From Kineococcus radiotolerans SRS30216 = ATCC BAA-149 (GTDB lineage: Bacteria; Actinomycetota; Actinomycetes; Actinomycetales; Kineococcaceae), in NCBI RefSeq assembly GCF_000017305.1, contig NC_009664.2, positions 3,660,001 through 3,692,000 on the forward strand: 32,000 nucleotides of DNA. The letters run 5' to 3'. Of this stretch, positions 1 to 7,676 are shown piece after piece. The translations under genes and the position numbers were made by a program. Numbering within the stretch: position 1 is the first letter of the stretch; each line of letters starts with the position of its first letter. Below the pieces are notes generated by a model. That model did no database searches, had not been told where the DNA came from, and worked only from the letters and a program-made list of their open reading frames with translations.

Positions 1-394
1 CGGCGTACCCGGCGGCGTCGGCGTCGTTGACCACCACGACAGGACGGCCCAGGGCCTCGGAGAACAGCGTCTCCGCGTCGGTGCCGATCCACGACGGGTC
101 GACGTTCGCCGCGCTGCGCGCGATGCCGTGCTGGATGACGGCGGGGAAGGTGATGCCGATGGGGGTGTCCGCGGGCACGTCGAAACCGGCCAGGACCTCC
201 GCGACGACGGGCGCCACCGCCGCGGGGGTCGCCGGCTGCGGGGTCTCGATGCGGACCCGCTCGGCGGCGAACTCGCCGGCGACCAGGTCGACCGGGGCGG
301 CCTTGATGCCGGATCCGCCGATGTCGACACCCAGGCCGATCGTCGCGGTGGCCCGCGCGGGACCCGTCGTGGTGGTGTTCTCGGTGCTGGTCAC
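1..394 (-). CDS. ppgK: Polyphosphate/ATP-dependent glucokinase (ROK family), N-terminal part only; the gene continues past the window start
   Basis: The minus-strand frame, absent from the ORF track, reads [42 protein letters not shown]...[16 protein letters not shown]. It carries the GxDxGGSxIK phosphate-binding motif and its N-terminus parallels mycobacterial PpgK. The GTG is at 392-394 (reverse complement). Confidence 0.8.
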   Translation of the reverse strand, partial: MTSTENTTTTGPARATATIGLGVDIGGSGIKAAPVDLVAGEFAAERVRIETPQPATPAAVAPVVAEVLAGFDVPADTPIGITFPAVIQHGIARSAANVDPSWIGTDAETLFSEALGRPVVVVNDADAAGYA

Positions 395-413
395 GACGGG
401 GAGCCTAGGCCCG

Positions 414-608
414 TCAGCGGTTCGTGTCCTTCGGCAGGACGATCCACAGCGCGGCGTAGACCAGGACCTGCGGCCCGGGCAGGACGCACGACAGGACGAA
501 GATCAGCCGCACGACGTTGGCGGGCAGGCCGAAGCGCCGCGCCAGCCCGGCGCAGACGCCGGCGACGAGCTTGCCCGAGGTCGGGCGGGACAGGACGGGG
601 GTGCTCAC
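414..608 (-). CDS. PspC-domain small membrane protein
   Basis: This lies in ORF 414..650. [33 protein letters not shown] is a typical PspC-domain core followed by a TM helix. I prefer the internal GTG at 608 because GAGGAG lies 6 nt upstream. The longest option is TTG at 650. Confidence 0.75.
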   Translation of the reverse strand: MSTPVLSRPTSGKLVAGVCAGLARRFGLPANVVRLIFVLSCVLPGPQVLVYAALWIVLPKDTNR

Positions 609-731
609 GGGTGGCTCCTCGGGTCGGTGGGTTCCGTACGAGGGGGTCAACGACCGGGCGTCCCGGATCGTCGCGCTCCGCGGGGAGGATCCTCGGGCCG
701 CCCGGGTACGACTCCCGGGGGAGGCCCGGCC

Positions 732-1610
732 TCACGGGAGGGTGAGGACCTCCGCGCCGGTCTCGGTGACGACGAGGGTGTGCTCGAACTGGGCGGTGCG
801 CTTGCGGTCCTTCGTGACCACCGTCCAGCCGTCCTCCCACATCTCCCACTCGTGGGTGCCCAGCGTCAGCATCGGCTCGATCGTGAAGACCATGCCGACC
901 TCCATGACCGTCGCGTGCGCGGGGGCGGCGTCGTAGTGGGGGACGATCAGCCCGGAGTGGAACGCCGGGCCCACCCCGTGGCCGGTGAAGTCGCGCACCA
1001 CGCCGTAGCCGAAGCGCTTGGCGTAGGCCTCGATGACGCGGCCGATGACGTTGATCGCCCGCCCCGGCGCCACGGCCTTGATCCCGCGGCGCGTCGCCTC
1101 GCGGGTCCGCTCCACCAGCAGCCGCGACTCCTCGTCGACGTCCCCGCAGAGGAACGTCGCGTTGGTGTCGCCGTGCATGCCGTCCAGGTAGGCGGTGATG
1201 TCGATGTTCACGATGTCGCCGTCGGCGAGGACCGTGGAGTCGGGGATGCCGTGGCAGACGACCTCGTTGAGGCTGCTGCACAGCGACTTGGGGAAGGACC
1301 GGTAGCCCAGCGTCGAGGGGTAGGCGCCGTGGTCGCAGAGGAACTCGTGCCCGATCCGGTCCAGCTCGTCCGTCGTCGTCCCGGGCACGACGTGTTCGCC
1401 CACCAGCGCCATCGCCTGCGCGGCCAGCTTCCCGGCGCGGCGGATGCGCTCGATCCCCTCGGGGTCGATGACGTGGGAGCCCTTGTAGGGCAGCGGGGCC
1501 TGCTGGTCCACGTACTCGGGCCGGTCGATCCGCGGCGGGACCGGGCGCCGGGGCGAGATGGTGCCGGGCACCAGGGTGCCGAGGGGTGCGGTAGCGGTGC
1601 CCGTGCTCAT
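732..1610 (-). CDS. map: Type I methionine aminopeptidase
   Basis: This is the C-terminal 292 codons of ORF 732..2075. They align along their full length, from memory, with actinobacterial MapB (…[29 protein letters not shown]…[10 protein letters not shown]…HGDTN…FTGHGVG…FTIEPM…[11 protein letters not shown]). The ATG at 1610 gives a family-typical length. The upstream 155 codons are G/R/P-rich filler. Confidence 0.93.
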   Translation of the reverse strand: MSTGTATAPLGTLVPGTISPRRPVPPRIDRPEYVDQQAPLPYKGSHVIDPEGIERIRRAGKLAAQAMALVGEHVVPGTTTDELDRIGHEFLCDHGAYPSTLGYRSFPKSLCSSLNEVVCHGIPDSTVLADGDIVNIDITAYLDGMHGDTNATFLCGDVDEESRLLVERTREATRRGIKAVAPGRAINVIGRVIEAYAKRFGYGVVRDFTGHGVGPAFHSGLIVPHYDAAPAHATVMEVGMVFTIEPMLTLGTHEWEMWEDGWTVVTKDRKRTAQFEHTLVVTETGAEVLTLP

Positions 1611-1664
1611 GGACCCGAGTCTAGGTCGGGTGCGCCGGGCTCCCCGAAGCGCCAGGATGCCGTC

Positions 1665-1847
1665 ATGACGACGCAGTGGTTCTACGACGTCCGCACCGGC
1701 GAGGTCCAGGAACTCGAGCGGAAGGGGCCGAACAGGGACCTGCTGGGGCCCTACGCCAGCCGCGAGGAGGCCCAGCGAGCCCTGGACACCGCCCGCGCGC
1801 GCACCGAGGAGGACGACCGCCGCGACGCCGAGGAGGACGACTGGTGA
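1665..1847 (+). CDS. Small conserved-looking hypothetical protein (60 aa, acidic C-terminus)
   Basis: ATG at 1665 opens [60 protein letters not shown], the tail of the artefactual ORF 27..1847. Codon position 3 is G/C-rich. It resembles small proteins I recall from other actinobacteria, but I cannot verify this. Confidence 0.55.
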   Translation: MTTQWFYDVRTGEVQELERKGPNRDLLGPYASREEAQRALDTARARTEEDDRRDAEEDDW

Positions 1848-1996
1848 CCCCGGTCGTCCCCCGGTCCTCGCGCCGCCGCGGTCAGGGGCACCCCTGAGCG
1901 TCCCGGGGCGTTGACCGGGGTGATCCCCGACGTGAGGACGACGAGCGCGGCCGGTTCCTCCACCGAGGGGTGGATGCCCCCGACCCGGACCCTCGG

Positions 1997-2040
1997 TCAG
2001 GATCGGACGACCGCCCGTGGCGGACCTAGGATCGGCGACG
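1997..2040 (+). promoter_or_regulatory. Candidate promoter/operator upstream of telA
   Basis: The direct repeat AGGATCGG(A)CGAC occurs at 1998-2010 and 2027-2039. The second copy contains TAGGAT (2026-2031), which fits the actinobacterial -10 consensus TANNNT, about 60 nt upstream of the telA ATG. No convincing -35 is visible. Confidence 0.25.
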
Positions 2041-2092
2041 AGCCCGGGTGGCGCGGGCGGGTACGCAGGACGCACACGAGGGGGACCGCCTG

Positions 2093-3355
2093 ATGTCGGA
2101 GTCGCTGGACCTGAGCAAGCCGCTGGACCCGCCGGCCGTGCCGGCCACCCCGCCTGCCCCGGACCTGCAGCTGACCCCGCCGGCCCCGGTGCCGGTGGTC
2201 GCCGACGAGCAGGCCGAGGGGATGATCCCCCTCGACGAGGCGACGCGGGCGGAGCTGCACCGCAAGGCGCAGGCCTTCGTCGCCGACCTCGCCGCGCAGG
2301 ACCCGCGCAGCCCCGCCTTCCAGAAGAAGGTCGACGACATCACGCGCATGGGGGAGCAGGAGGTCCGCTCCTCGGCGCAGGTCTCCAACCGCATGCTCGA
2401 GCGCCCGCAGTCCAGCCTGGCCGGGGCCAAGGGGCAGAAGGCCTCCGGGCCCGGGGCCGACGCGCAGGTCAAGGTCGCGAGCACCCTGCTGGAGCTGCGC
2501 CAGACCGTCACCGCCCTCGACCCCGGCCGCGCCGACCTCAAGGGCGTGCGGAAGATCCTCGGGATCATCCCCGCGGGCAACAAGATCCAGCGCTACTTCG
2601 AGCGCTACGCCGACGCCCAGTCCCAGCTCGACGCGATCATCAAGGCGCTGGCCAGCGGGCAGGACGAGCTGCGCAAGGACAACGCCTCCATCGAGTCCGA
2701 GAAGCAGAACCTCTGGACGACGATGGGCAAGCTCACCGAGTACTCCACGCTGGCCAAGGCCCTGGACGCGGCGACGGTGGCCAAGATCGACGAGCTGCGG
2801 GCGACGAACCCCCAGGCCGCGGAGGCCCTCACCGCCGACGCGCTGTTCCCGATCCGCCAGCGCCACCAGGACCTGCTGACCCAGCTCGCCGTCAGCGTGC
2901 AGGGCTACCTCGCGCTGGACCTGGTGCGCAAGAACAACATCGAGCTCATCAAGGGCGTCGACCGGGCGCAGACGACGACGGTGGCGGCCCTGCGGACCGC
3001 GGTGATCGTGGCGCAGGCGCTGGCCAACCAGAAGCTCGTGCTCGACCAGATCAACGCGCTGAACACCACGACGAACCAGATGATCCTGTCGACCTCGGAG
3101 ATGCTCAAGCAGCAGACCGGCCAGATCCACGAGCAGGCCTCCACGGCCACGGTGGACGTGGCCACGCTGCAGAAGGCCTTCGACAACGTCTTCGCGACGA
3201 TGGACGCGATCGACACGTTCAAGCAGCAGGCCGTGGTGAGCATGGCGAACACCGTCGACGCCCTCGAGGGGCAGGTGCACCGCTCGCGGTCCTACCTGGA
3301 GCGCGCGCGCAACGGCGAGCAGGGCGCGGGTCCCGCGCTGGAAGGTCCCCGGTGA
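2093..3355 (+). CDS. telA: Toxic anion resistance protein TelA family
   Basis: This is ORF 2048..3355, starting at the ATG at 2093 ([12 protein letters not shown]…). It is a long all-helical protein with the TelA-type layout (…[27 protein letters not shown]…[13 protein letters not shown]…[22 protein letters not shown]…[11 protein letters not shown]…). A Pro-rich N-terminus is common in actinobacterial TelA. Confidence 0.9.
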   Translation: MSESLDLSKPLDPPAVPATPPAPDLQLTPPAPVPVVADEQAEGMIPLDEATRAELHRKAQAFVADLAAQDPRSPAFQKKVDDITRMGEQEVRSSAQVSNRMLERPQSSLAGAKGQKASGPGADAQVKVASTLLELRQTVTALDPGRADLKGVRKILGIIPAGNKIQRYFERYADAQSQLDAIIKALASGQDELRKDNASIESEKQNLWTTMGKLTEYSTLAKALDAATVAKIDELRATNPQAAEALTADALFPIRQRHQDLLTQLAVSVQGYLALDLVRKNNIELIKGVDRAQTTTVAALRTAVIVAQALANQKLVLDQINALNTTTNQMILSTSEMLKQQTGQIHEQASTATVDVATLQKAFDNVFATMDAIDTFKQQAVVSMANTVDALEGQVHRSRSYLERARNGEQGAGPALEGPR

Positions 3356-4272
3356 GCTCGGTGGCCTCCTCCCGCGCCGACCAGCGCCCCTCCCGGGCGC
3401 TGAGGCGGGCTGCCGCGGCCGAGGGGAGGGTCGTGCGGCGCGGCCCCGCGCAGGCCCCGCCGGAGCTCGTCTCGCGCCGGCTGCGCAGCCGCACCTGGCG
3501 GGCCGCGAACTCGTGGTGGCTGGCGATCCCGGCGCTGGGGCTGCCGTGGCTGGCGTTCCTCTACATGGGGTTGCGCGGGCGGCGGCCGCAGTGGGTGCTG
3601 GCCGCGCTCGGCTACCTCGTCGCGATGGGCGGGGCCGCCACCGGCCTCGGCCTCGGTCTGGGCCTGGCGACGGGCCACGAGCTGTTGTTCCTCGTGCTGG
3701 GTTCCCTGCTGGGCGCCGGCACCTGGGGATTGGGACTGGTGCACTCGATCATGGCGAACTCGACGTGGCTGCGGATCAAGGCGGCCTTCACGGGCGAACC
3801 CGCCCTGGAGGCCCCGACGACCCCGGCGGTGCCCCCGGCCCCCGCCGACCCGGTGAGCGGGCTGCAGGAGGCCCTGCGCGAGGTCGTGCGCACGGCCAAC
3901 CGCCACGGCGGCCGCCTGCCCGACGGGGCCGTGCCCGCGGTCCGCGAGGTCGAGGACGTGCTGCGGCCGCTGCTGGCCCACGTCGCCCGGCGCGGCGCGG
4001 AGGTCGAGGAGCTGCACAACCTCGAGGCCATCGTCACCGAGTACCTGCCCGGGGCGCTGGAGCACTACCTCGACCTGCCCCCCGACTACGCCGAGACCCA
4101 CCGGCTGCCGTCGGGGCTCACCCCGGCCGAGGAGCTCGTCAACCAGCTGCGGCTGCTGGTGGACGGGTCCCGGGACCTCCAGCGCGCCGTCCACGACCAC
4201 GACGCGCAGAAGCTGTCGGTCCAGGGCCGGTTCCTCGACGCGAAGTTCCGCCGCTCGGACCTGGACCTGTAG
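3352..4272 (+). CDS. XpaC-like membrane protein, paralog 1 (3 predicted TM helices plus a conserved C-terminal helical domain)
   Basis: This is the tail of ORF 2017..4272. GTG at 3352 overlaps the telA stop (GTGA). Predicted TM segments are WWLAIPALGLPWLAFLYMGL, WVLAALGYLVAMGGAATGLGLGLGLA and LLFLVLGSLLGAGTWGLGLV. The C-terminal domain (…YLPGALEHYLDLPPDYAETHR…TPAEELVNQLRLLV…GRFLDAKFRRSDLDL) is shared with the next two genes. The XpaC assignment (5-bromo-4-chloroindolyl phosphate hydrolysis family) rests on the known TelA-XpaC gene pairing and on architecture. Confidence 0.7.
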   Translation: MSSVASSRADQRPSRALRRAAAAEGRVVRRGPAQAPPELVSRRLRSRTWRAANSWWLAIPALGLPWLAFLYMGLRGRRPQWVLAALGYLVAMGGAATGLGLGLGLATGHELLFLVLGSLLGAGTWGLGLVHSIMANSTWLRIKAAFTGEPALEAPTTPAVPPAPADPVSGLQEALREVVRTANRHGGRLPDGAVPAVREVEDVLRPLLAHVARRGAEVEELHNLEAIVTEYLPGALEHYLDLPPDYAETHRLPSGLTPAEELVNQLRLLVDGSRDLQRAVHDHDAQKLSVQGRFLDAKFRRSDLDL

Positions 4273-4281
4273 GAGGACGCG

Positions 4282-5178
4282 GTGGGTGTCGATCTCGGCA
4301 AGGGCGACGGGACGCGGGGCCCGCGGACGCGCGAGCCGCTGCCGGAGGTGACTCCCGCGGTGGCTCCGGAGGTGGCTCCGGAGGTGGCTCCGGAGCGGCG
4401 CCCCGGCGCGACGGTGGCGCGGACGACGCCCCCACCGGCGCCGTACCAGCGGCGGGAGCCGTCGCTCCCGGCGGCGGACGAGGCGCGGGGGCTGAACCCG
4501 CACGCGATGGGGGTGTTCACCACGGCGTGGACGGCGGGGTGGATCGTCGCCTTCGCCACCCACCTCTGGTGGCTGGGCCTGATCATGCTCCTGATGCAGG
4601 GCGCGGTGTTCGGCTACGTCAAGCAGCAGGGCCTGCCGTGGGCCGGGCCCGGGCGCGCGGCCCGCCGCGCCCGGCGGCTGGAGCGCCACCGCGAGCGGGC
4701 GCGCCGCCGCGGCGCGCTCGCCCCGCCCCCGCCCGCGGTCCCGGAGCTGCCCGACCCCGTCACCACCGCCGAGCGCCGGCTGGCCGCGGTGCTCGTCACG
4801 GCCGAGACCTCCGGGGGCCGGATGGACCCCGAGGCGGTCGAGCTGGTCCGCGAGGTCGACCGGCTGCTGCGCCCGCTGCTGGCCCAGGTGCGGACCCGCG
4901 ACGCGGACCCGCAGGTCCGCCACGACCTGGAGACCCTGGCCGGGGAGCACCTGCCGCGCACCGTCGAGGACTACCTCGTCCTGCCCGACGACTACGCCCG
5001 CACCCACCGCACGGCGGCGGGCACGACCCCGGCCGACGAGCTGCGGGCCCAGCTGCAGCTGCTCGTCGAGGGCTGCCGGCAGGTGCGCGACTCCCTCCTC
5101 AGCCGCGACGTGGACCGTCAGCAGCAGCAGAGCCGGTTCCTCGAGGCGAAGTTCCGGCGCTCCGACCTGGACCTGTGA
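4282..5178 (+). CDS. XpaC-like membrane protein, paralog 2
   Basis: This is ORF 4282..5178. The GTG start is preceded by AGGAGG 5 nt upstream. It has two TM helices (VFTTAWTAGWIVAFATHLWWLGLIMLLMQGAVFGYV), an Arg-rich stretch, and a C-terminal domain ending SRFLEAKFRRSDLDL. Confidence 0.8.
   Translation: MGVDLGKGDGTRGPRTREPLPEVTPAVAPEVAPEVAPERRPGATVARTTPPPAPYQRREPSLPAADEARGLNPHAMGVFTTAWTAGWIVAFATHLWWLGLIMLLMQGAVFGYVKQQGLPWAGPGRAARRARRLERHRERARRRGALAPPPPAVPELPDPVTTAERRLAAVLVTAETSGGRMDPEAVELVREVDRLLRPLLAQVRTRDADPQVRHDLETLAGEHLPRTVEDYLVLPDDYARTHRTAAGTTPADELRAQLQLLVEGCRQVRDSLLSRDVDRQQQQSRFLEAKFRRSDLDL
4359..4394 (+). repeat. Perfect 12-nt tandem repeat x3 (GTGGCTCCGGAG), in frame, encoding (V)APE repeats
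   Basis: The identical unit sits at 4359-4370, 4371-4382 and 4383-4394 in the N-terminal disordered region of paralog 2 (…TPAVAPEVAPEVAPE…). Confidence 0.95.
4912..4972 (+). repeat. 61-nt block near-identical (60/61) to 5787-5847 in the next paralog
   Basis: CAGGTCCGCCACGACCTGGAGACCCTGGC[C/G]GGGGAGCACCTGCCGCGCACCGTCGAGGACT appears in both genes and is identical at synonymous sites. The flanking codons diverge. Confidence 0.95.
5106..5155 (+). repeat. 50-nt block identical (50/50) to 5981-6030 in the next paralog
   Basis: CGACGTGGACCGTCAGCAGCAGCAGAGCCGGTTCCTCGAGGCGAAGTTCC occurs in both genes and contains a (CAG)4 run. Confidence 0.95.
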
Positions 5179-5186
5179 GGACGGCC

Positions 5187-6053
5187 GTGGGGATCGAACT
5201 GCGCAAGGGCGACGACGACCGGGACCGGCCCCGTCGGGTGGTCCTGCCCGAGCGCGAGGTCGAGGTCATCGGCCCGAACGACCTCGAACCGCGCCTGGGG
5301 GCGAACCTCCCGGTGCTCGGGTGGGTCTCCGACCCCGTCTTCCAGCTCGTCCGGTTCGTCGGCCTGGGCGGCTGGATCGTCCTCTACGCCGCCCTCGGGC
5401 CGCTGGGCCTGTGGTGGGTGGGGTTCATCGCGATGTGGGCCTGGATCGGGGCGAACGTGGCCTACGAGAACGAGGCCCGGCGGCGGCGCCGGTTGCGGCG
5501 GCACTACCGGCGCGCGATCAAGTACGGGACGCTCGCCCCGGTGCCGGTCCTGCTGCGCCCGGAGGAGGCCGCGCCGGTGGTCCGGGAGCAGCGGCTCGCG
5601 GCGGCGGGGGCGCCCGCCGTCAGCGCGCCGCAGGTGACCGCCGCCGAGAAGGCCCTGGTCGCCACGGTCCGCCGGGTCGACACCGCCGTGGACCGCTTCG
5701 AGCGCACCGACGTCGTCCTCGTCCACGAGGTCGCCGACCTGCTCGGCCCGCTGCTGCTGCGCATCGCCGAGCGGGGCGGGGACCCCCAGGTCCGCCACGA
5801 CCTGGAGACCCTGGCGGGGGAGCACCTGCCGCGCACCGTCGAGGACTTCCTGGCCCTGCCGCCCGACGTCGCCCGCGGCAGCCGCAACGCCGCGGGGTCC
5901 ACCCCGGCGGAGGAGCTGCGCAACCAGCTGCACCTCATGGCCGACGGCTGCCGGCAGCTGCGGGAGGCGGTGCTCTCGGCCGACGTGGACCGTCAGCAGC
6001 AGCAGAGCCGGTTCCTCGAGGCGAAGTTCCGCCGCGGGGACCTGGACCTGTGA
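5187..6053 (+). CDS. XpaC-like membrane protein, paralog 3
   Basis: This is the tail of ORF 3513..6053. The GTG at 5187 is preceded by GAGGA 5 nt upstream. The protein reads VGIELRKGDDD…, then two TM helices (FVGLGGWIVLYAALGPLGLWWVGFIAMWAWIGANV), then ARRRRRLRRHYRR. The C-terminal domain is about 60-70% identical by eye to paralog 2 and ends SRFLEAKFRRGDLDL. Confidence 0.8.
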   Translation: MGIELRKGDDDRDRPRRVVLPEREVEVIGPNDLEPRLGANLPVLGWVSDPVFQLVRFVGLGGWIVLYAALGPLGLWWVGFIAMWAWIGANVAYENEARRRRRLRRHYRRAIKYGTLAPVPVLLRPEEAAPVVREQRLAAAGAPAVSAPQVTAAEKALVATVRRVDTAVDRFERTDVVLVHEVADLLGPLLLRIAERGGDPQVRHDLETLAGEHLPRTVEDFLALPPDVARGSRNAAGSTPAEELRNQLHLMADGCRQLREAVLSADVDRQQQQSRFLEAKFRRGDLDL

Positions 6054-6092
6054 CCCTCGCGGTGCCCGGTCCGGTGCGGTAGGAAGGGGACC

Positions 6093-6884
6093 GTGACCCT
6101 CGACGTGCAGCTCGTCGGTTCCACGACCCAGATGGCCGTGGTGACCCTGCGTCCCGGGCAGACGCTGTACTGCGAGGCCGGGAAGTTCCTCTTCTCCTCC
6201 GGCGACGTGGTCATGGAGACCAAGCTCACCGCGCCCGGCGGCGGCGAGGGGGGCGGCCTCGGCGGGCTGCTGCGCGGCGCGGCCCAGGCCGGCAAGCGGG
6301 TGCTGGCGGGGGAGTCCTTCGCCTTCCAGCACTTCCACACCCCCGGCGGCGACGGGCTGCTGGGGCTGGCCGGCGTCCTGCCCGGCGAGATGCGCCACCT
6401 GGAGCTGGACGGCTCGACGACGTGGTTCGCCGAGAAGGACGCCTTCGTGGCGGCCGAGGCGGGGGTGCACTTCGACATCGCCTTCTCCGGGGTGGGACAG
6501 GGCCTCATGGGCGGGGAGGGGTTCATCCTCGAGAGGTTCACCGGCCGCGGGTCGCTGCTCATCGCCGGCGCGGGCGACTTCATCGACATCAACCCCGCCG
6601 ACTACGGCGGCACCCTGCGGGTCGACACCGGCTGCGTCGTCGCCTGGGACGACCGCATCACCTACGGCGTCGAGACCGTGGGCCGGCTGAACCGGCAGGG
6701 GATCGTCAGCGCCGTCCTCGGCGGTGAGGGGCTGACCCTGGCGACGCTGCGCGGCGACGGGCGCGTCATCCTGCAGTCGGTCACCATCGAGGCCTTCGCC
6801 AAGGCGCTGGTCAAGAACAGCGCCAAGCCCGACCAGCAGGGCCTCGGGGCCCTGGGCGGGTTGTTCGGGGGCTCCCGCGGCTAG
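6093..6884 (+). CDS. AIM24 family protein (DUF124/TIGR00266-type)
   Basis: This is ORF 6093..6884 with a GTG start after AGGAAGGGGA. Blocks typical of AIM24 proteins include …[18 protein letters not shown]…, [46 protein letters not shown] and [20 protein letters not shown]. Confidence 0.85.
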   Translation: MTLDVQLVGSTTQMAVVTLRPGQTLYCEAGKFLFSSGDVVMETKLTAPGGGEGGGLGGLLRGAAQAGKRVLAGESFAFQHFHTPGGDGLLGLAGVLPGEMRHLELDGSTTWFAEKDAFVAAEAGVHFDIAFSGVGQGLMGGEGFILERFTGRGSLLIAGAGDFIDINPADYGGTLRVDTGCVVAWDDRITYGVETVGRLNRQGIVSAVLGGEGLTLATLRGDGRVILQSVTIEAFAKALVKNSAKPDQQGLGALGGLFGGSRG

Positions 6885-6979
6885 CGGGACCTCCCCGGGC
6901 ACCAACCGGGCCCGGTGATCGTTGGGCCCACCGCAAGCGGTCACACCACCGAACGCAGCGACGAAACGGAGCGAACACC

Positions 6980-7555
6980 ATGGGCGTCAGCCTCAGCAAG
7001 GGCGGCAACGTCTCCCTCACCAAGGAAGCGCCGGGGATGACCAAGGCCGTCATCGGCCTGGGCTGGGACGCGAACTCCTTCACCGGCTCGGAGTTCGACC
7101 TCGACGCGCAGGCCATCATGGTCGGCGCGAACGGCAAGGTCCCCAGTGACGGCTACTTCGTCTTCTTCAACCAGCTGAAGTCCCCCGAGGGCTCCGTGGA
7201 GCACACCGGCGACAACCGCACCGGTGAGGGCGACGGCGACGACGAGAAGATCAACGTCGACCTCAGCCTCGTGCCCGCCGAGATCGAGAAGATCGTCTTC
7301 ACCGTCGCCATCTACGACGCCGACACCCGCAAGCAGTCCTTCGGGCAGGTGCGCAACGGCTTCATCCGCGTGGTCAACAGCGAGGGCGGCACCGAGGTCG
7401 CCCGCTACGACCTCACAGAGGACGCCTCCACCGAGACCGCGATGGTCTTCGGCGAGCTGTACCGCAACGGGTCGGACTGGAAGTTCCGCGCCGTCGGCCA
7501 GGGCTACGCCGACGGTCTGCGCGGCATCGCGACCGACTTCGGCGTCAGCGTCTGA
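6980..7555 (+). CDS. terD: TerD family stress protein (Ca2+-binding TerD domain)
   Basis: This is ORF 6980..7555 with an ATG start. The sequence is canonical: [15 protein letters not shown]…IGLGWD…FDLDAQAIM…[21 protein letters not shown]…[11 protein letters not shown]…FGQV…[10 protein letters not shown]. Confidence 0.95.
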   Translation: MGVSLSKGGNVSLTKEAPGMTKAVIGLGWDANSFTGSEFDLDAQAIMVGANGKVPSDGYFVFFNQLKSPEGSVEHTGDNRTGEGDGDDEKINVDLSLVPAEIEKIVFTVAIYDADTRKQSFGQVRNGFIRVVNSEGGTEVARYDLTEDASTETAMVFGELYRNGSDWKFRAVGQGYADGLRGIATDFGVSV

Positions 7556-7566
7556 CGCACTCCACC

Positions 7567-7596
7567 GCGCACCGTCCCCGGCCGGGGACGGTGCGC
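7567..7596 (+). terminator. Perfect GC-rich hairpin downstream of terD (intrinsic-terminator-like, no U tract)
   Basis: GCGCACCGTCCCC-GGCC-GGGGACGGTGCGC forms a 13-bp perfect stem 12 nt after the terD stop. The missing U tract is common in high-GC actinobacteria but lowers confidence. Confidence 0.5.
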
Positions 7597-7676
7597 GTTC
7601 GCACGTCGTCCGCACGGCGGTGAGTAGGGTTCGAGGTCCGGCCCGCACGGGCTCCGCATGAACAGGAAGCTGACAG

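Noticed and set aside
27-1847. A 606-aa + strand ORF spans the ppgK, pspC and map region.
   Set aside because: It is antisense or out of frame to three recognisable minus-strand genes. Its translation is R/G/A/P/D-rich low complexity with no family resemblance. Only its last 60 codons (1665-1847) lie in a gene-free gap, and I kept those as a separate small CDS. Long open frames on all strands are expected at this GC content.
1611-2075. The ORF track implies an N-terminal extension of map (a 447-aa version).
   Set aside because: The extra 155 codons are G/R/P/A-rich with no MetAP similarity. They would also run through the convergent small + strand gene and the telA upstream region. The ATG at 1610 gives the family-typical length of about 290 aa and an N-terminus that aligns with MapB.
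1997-6944. Large minus-strand ORFs lie opposite the Ter genes: 1997..3280 (427 aa), 3292..5007 (571 aa) and 5118..6944 (608 aa). The alternate-frame + ORFs 2017..4272 (upstream part) and 3513..6053 (upstream part) fall in the same region.
   Set aside because: They mirror well-supported + strand genes (telA, the XpaC-like trio, AIM24) and translate to Arg/Gly/Pro/His-rich sequence without domains. They lack the codon-position-3 G/C bias seen in the chosen frames. I treated them as GC-driven shadow ORFs. Only the 3' tails of 2017..4272 and 3513..6053 are real genes.
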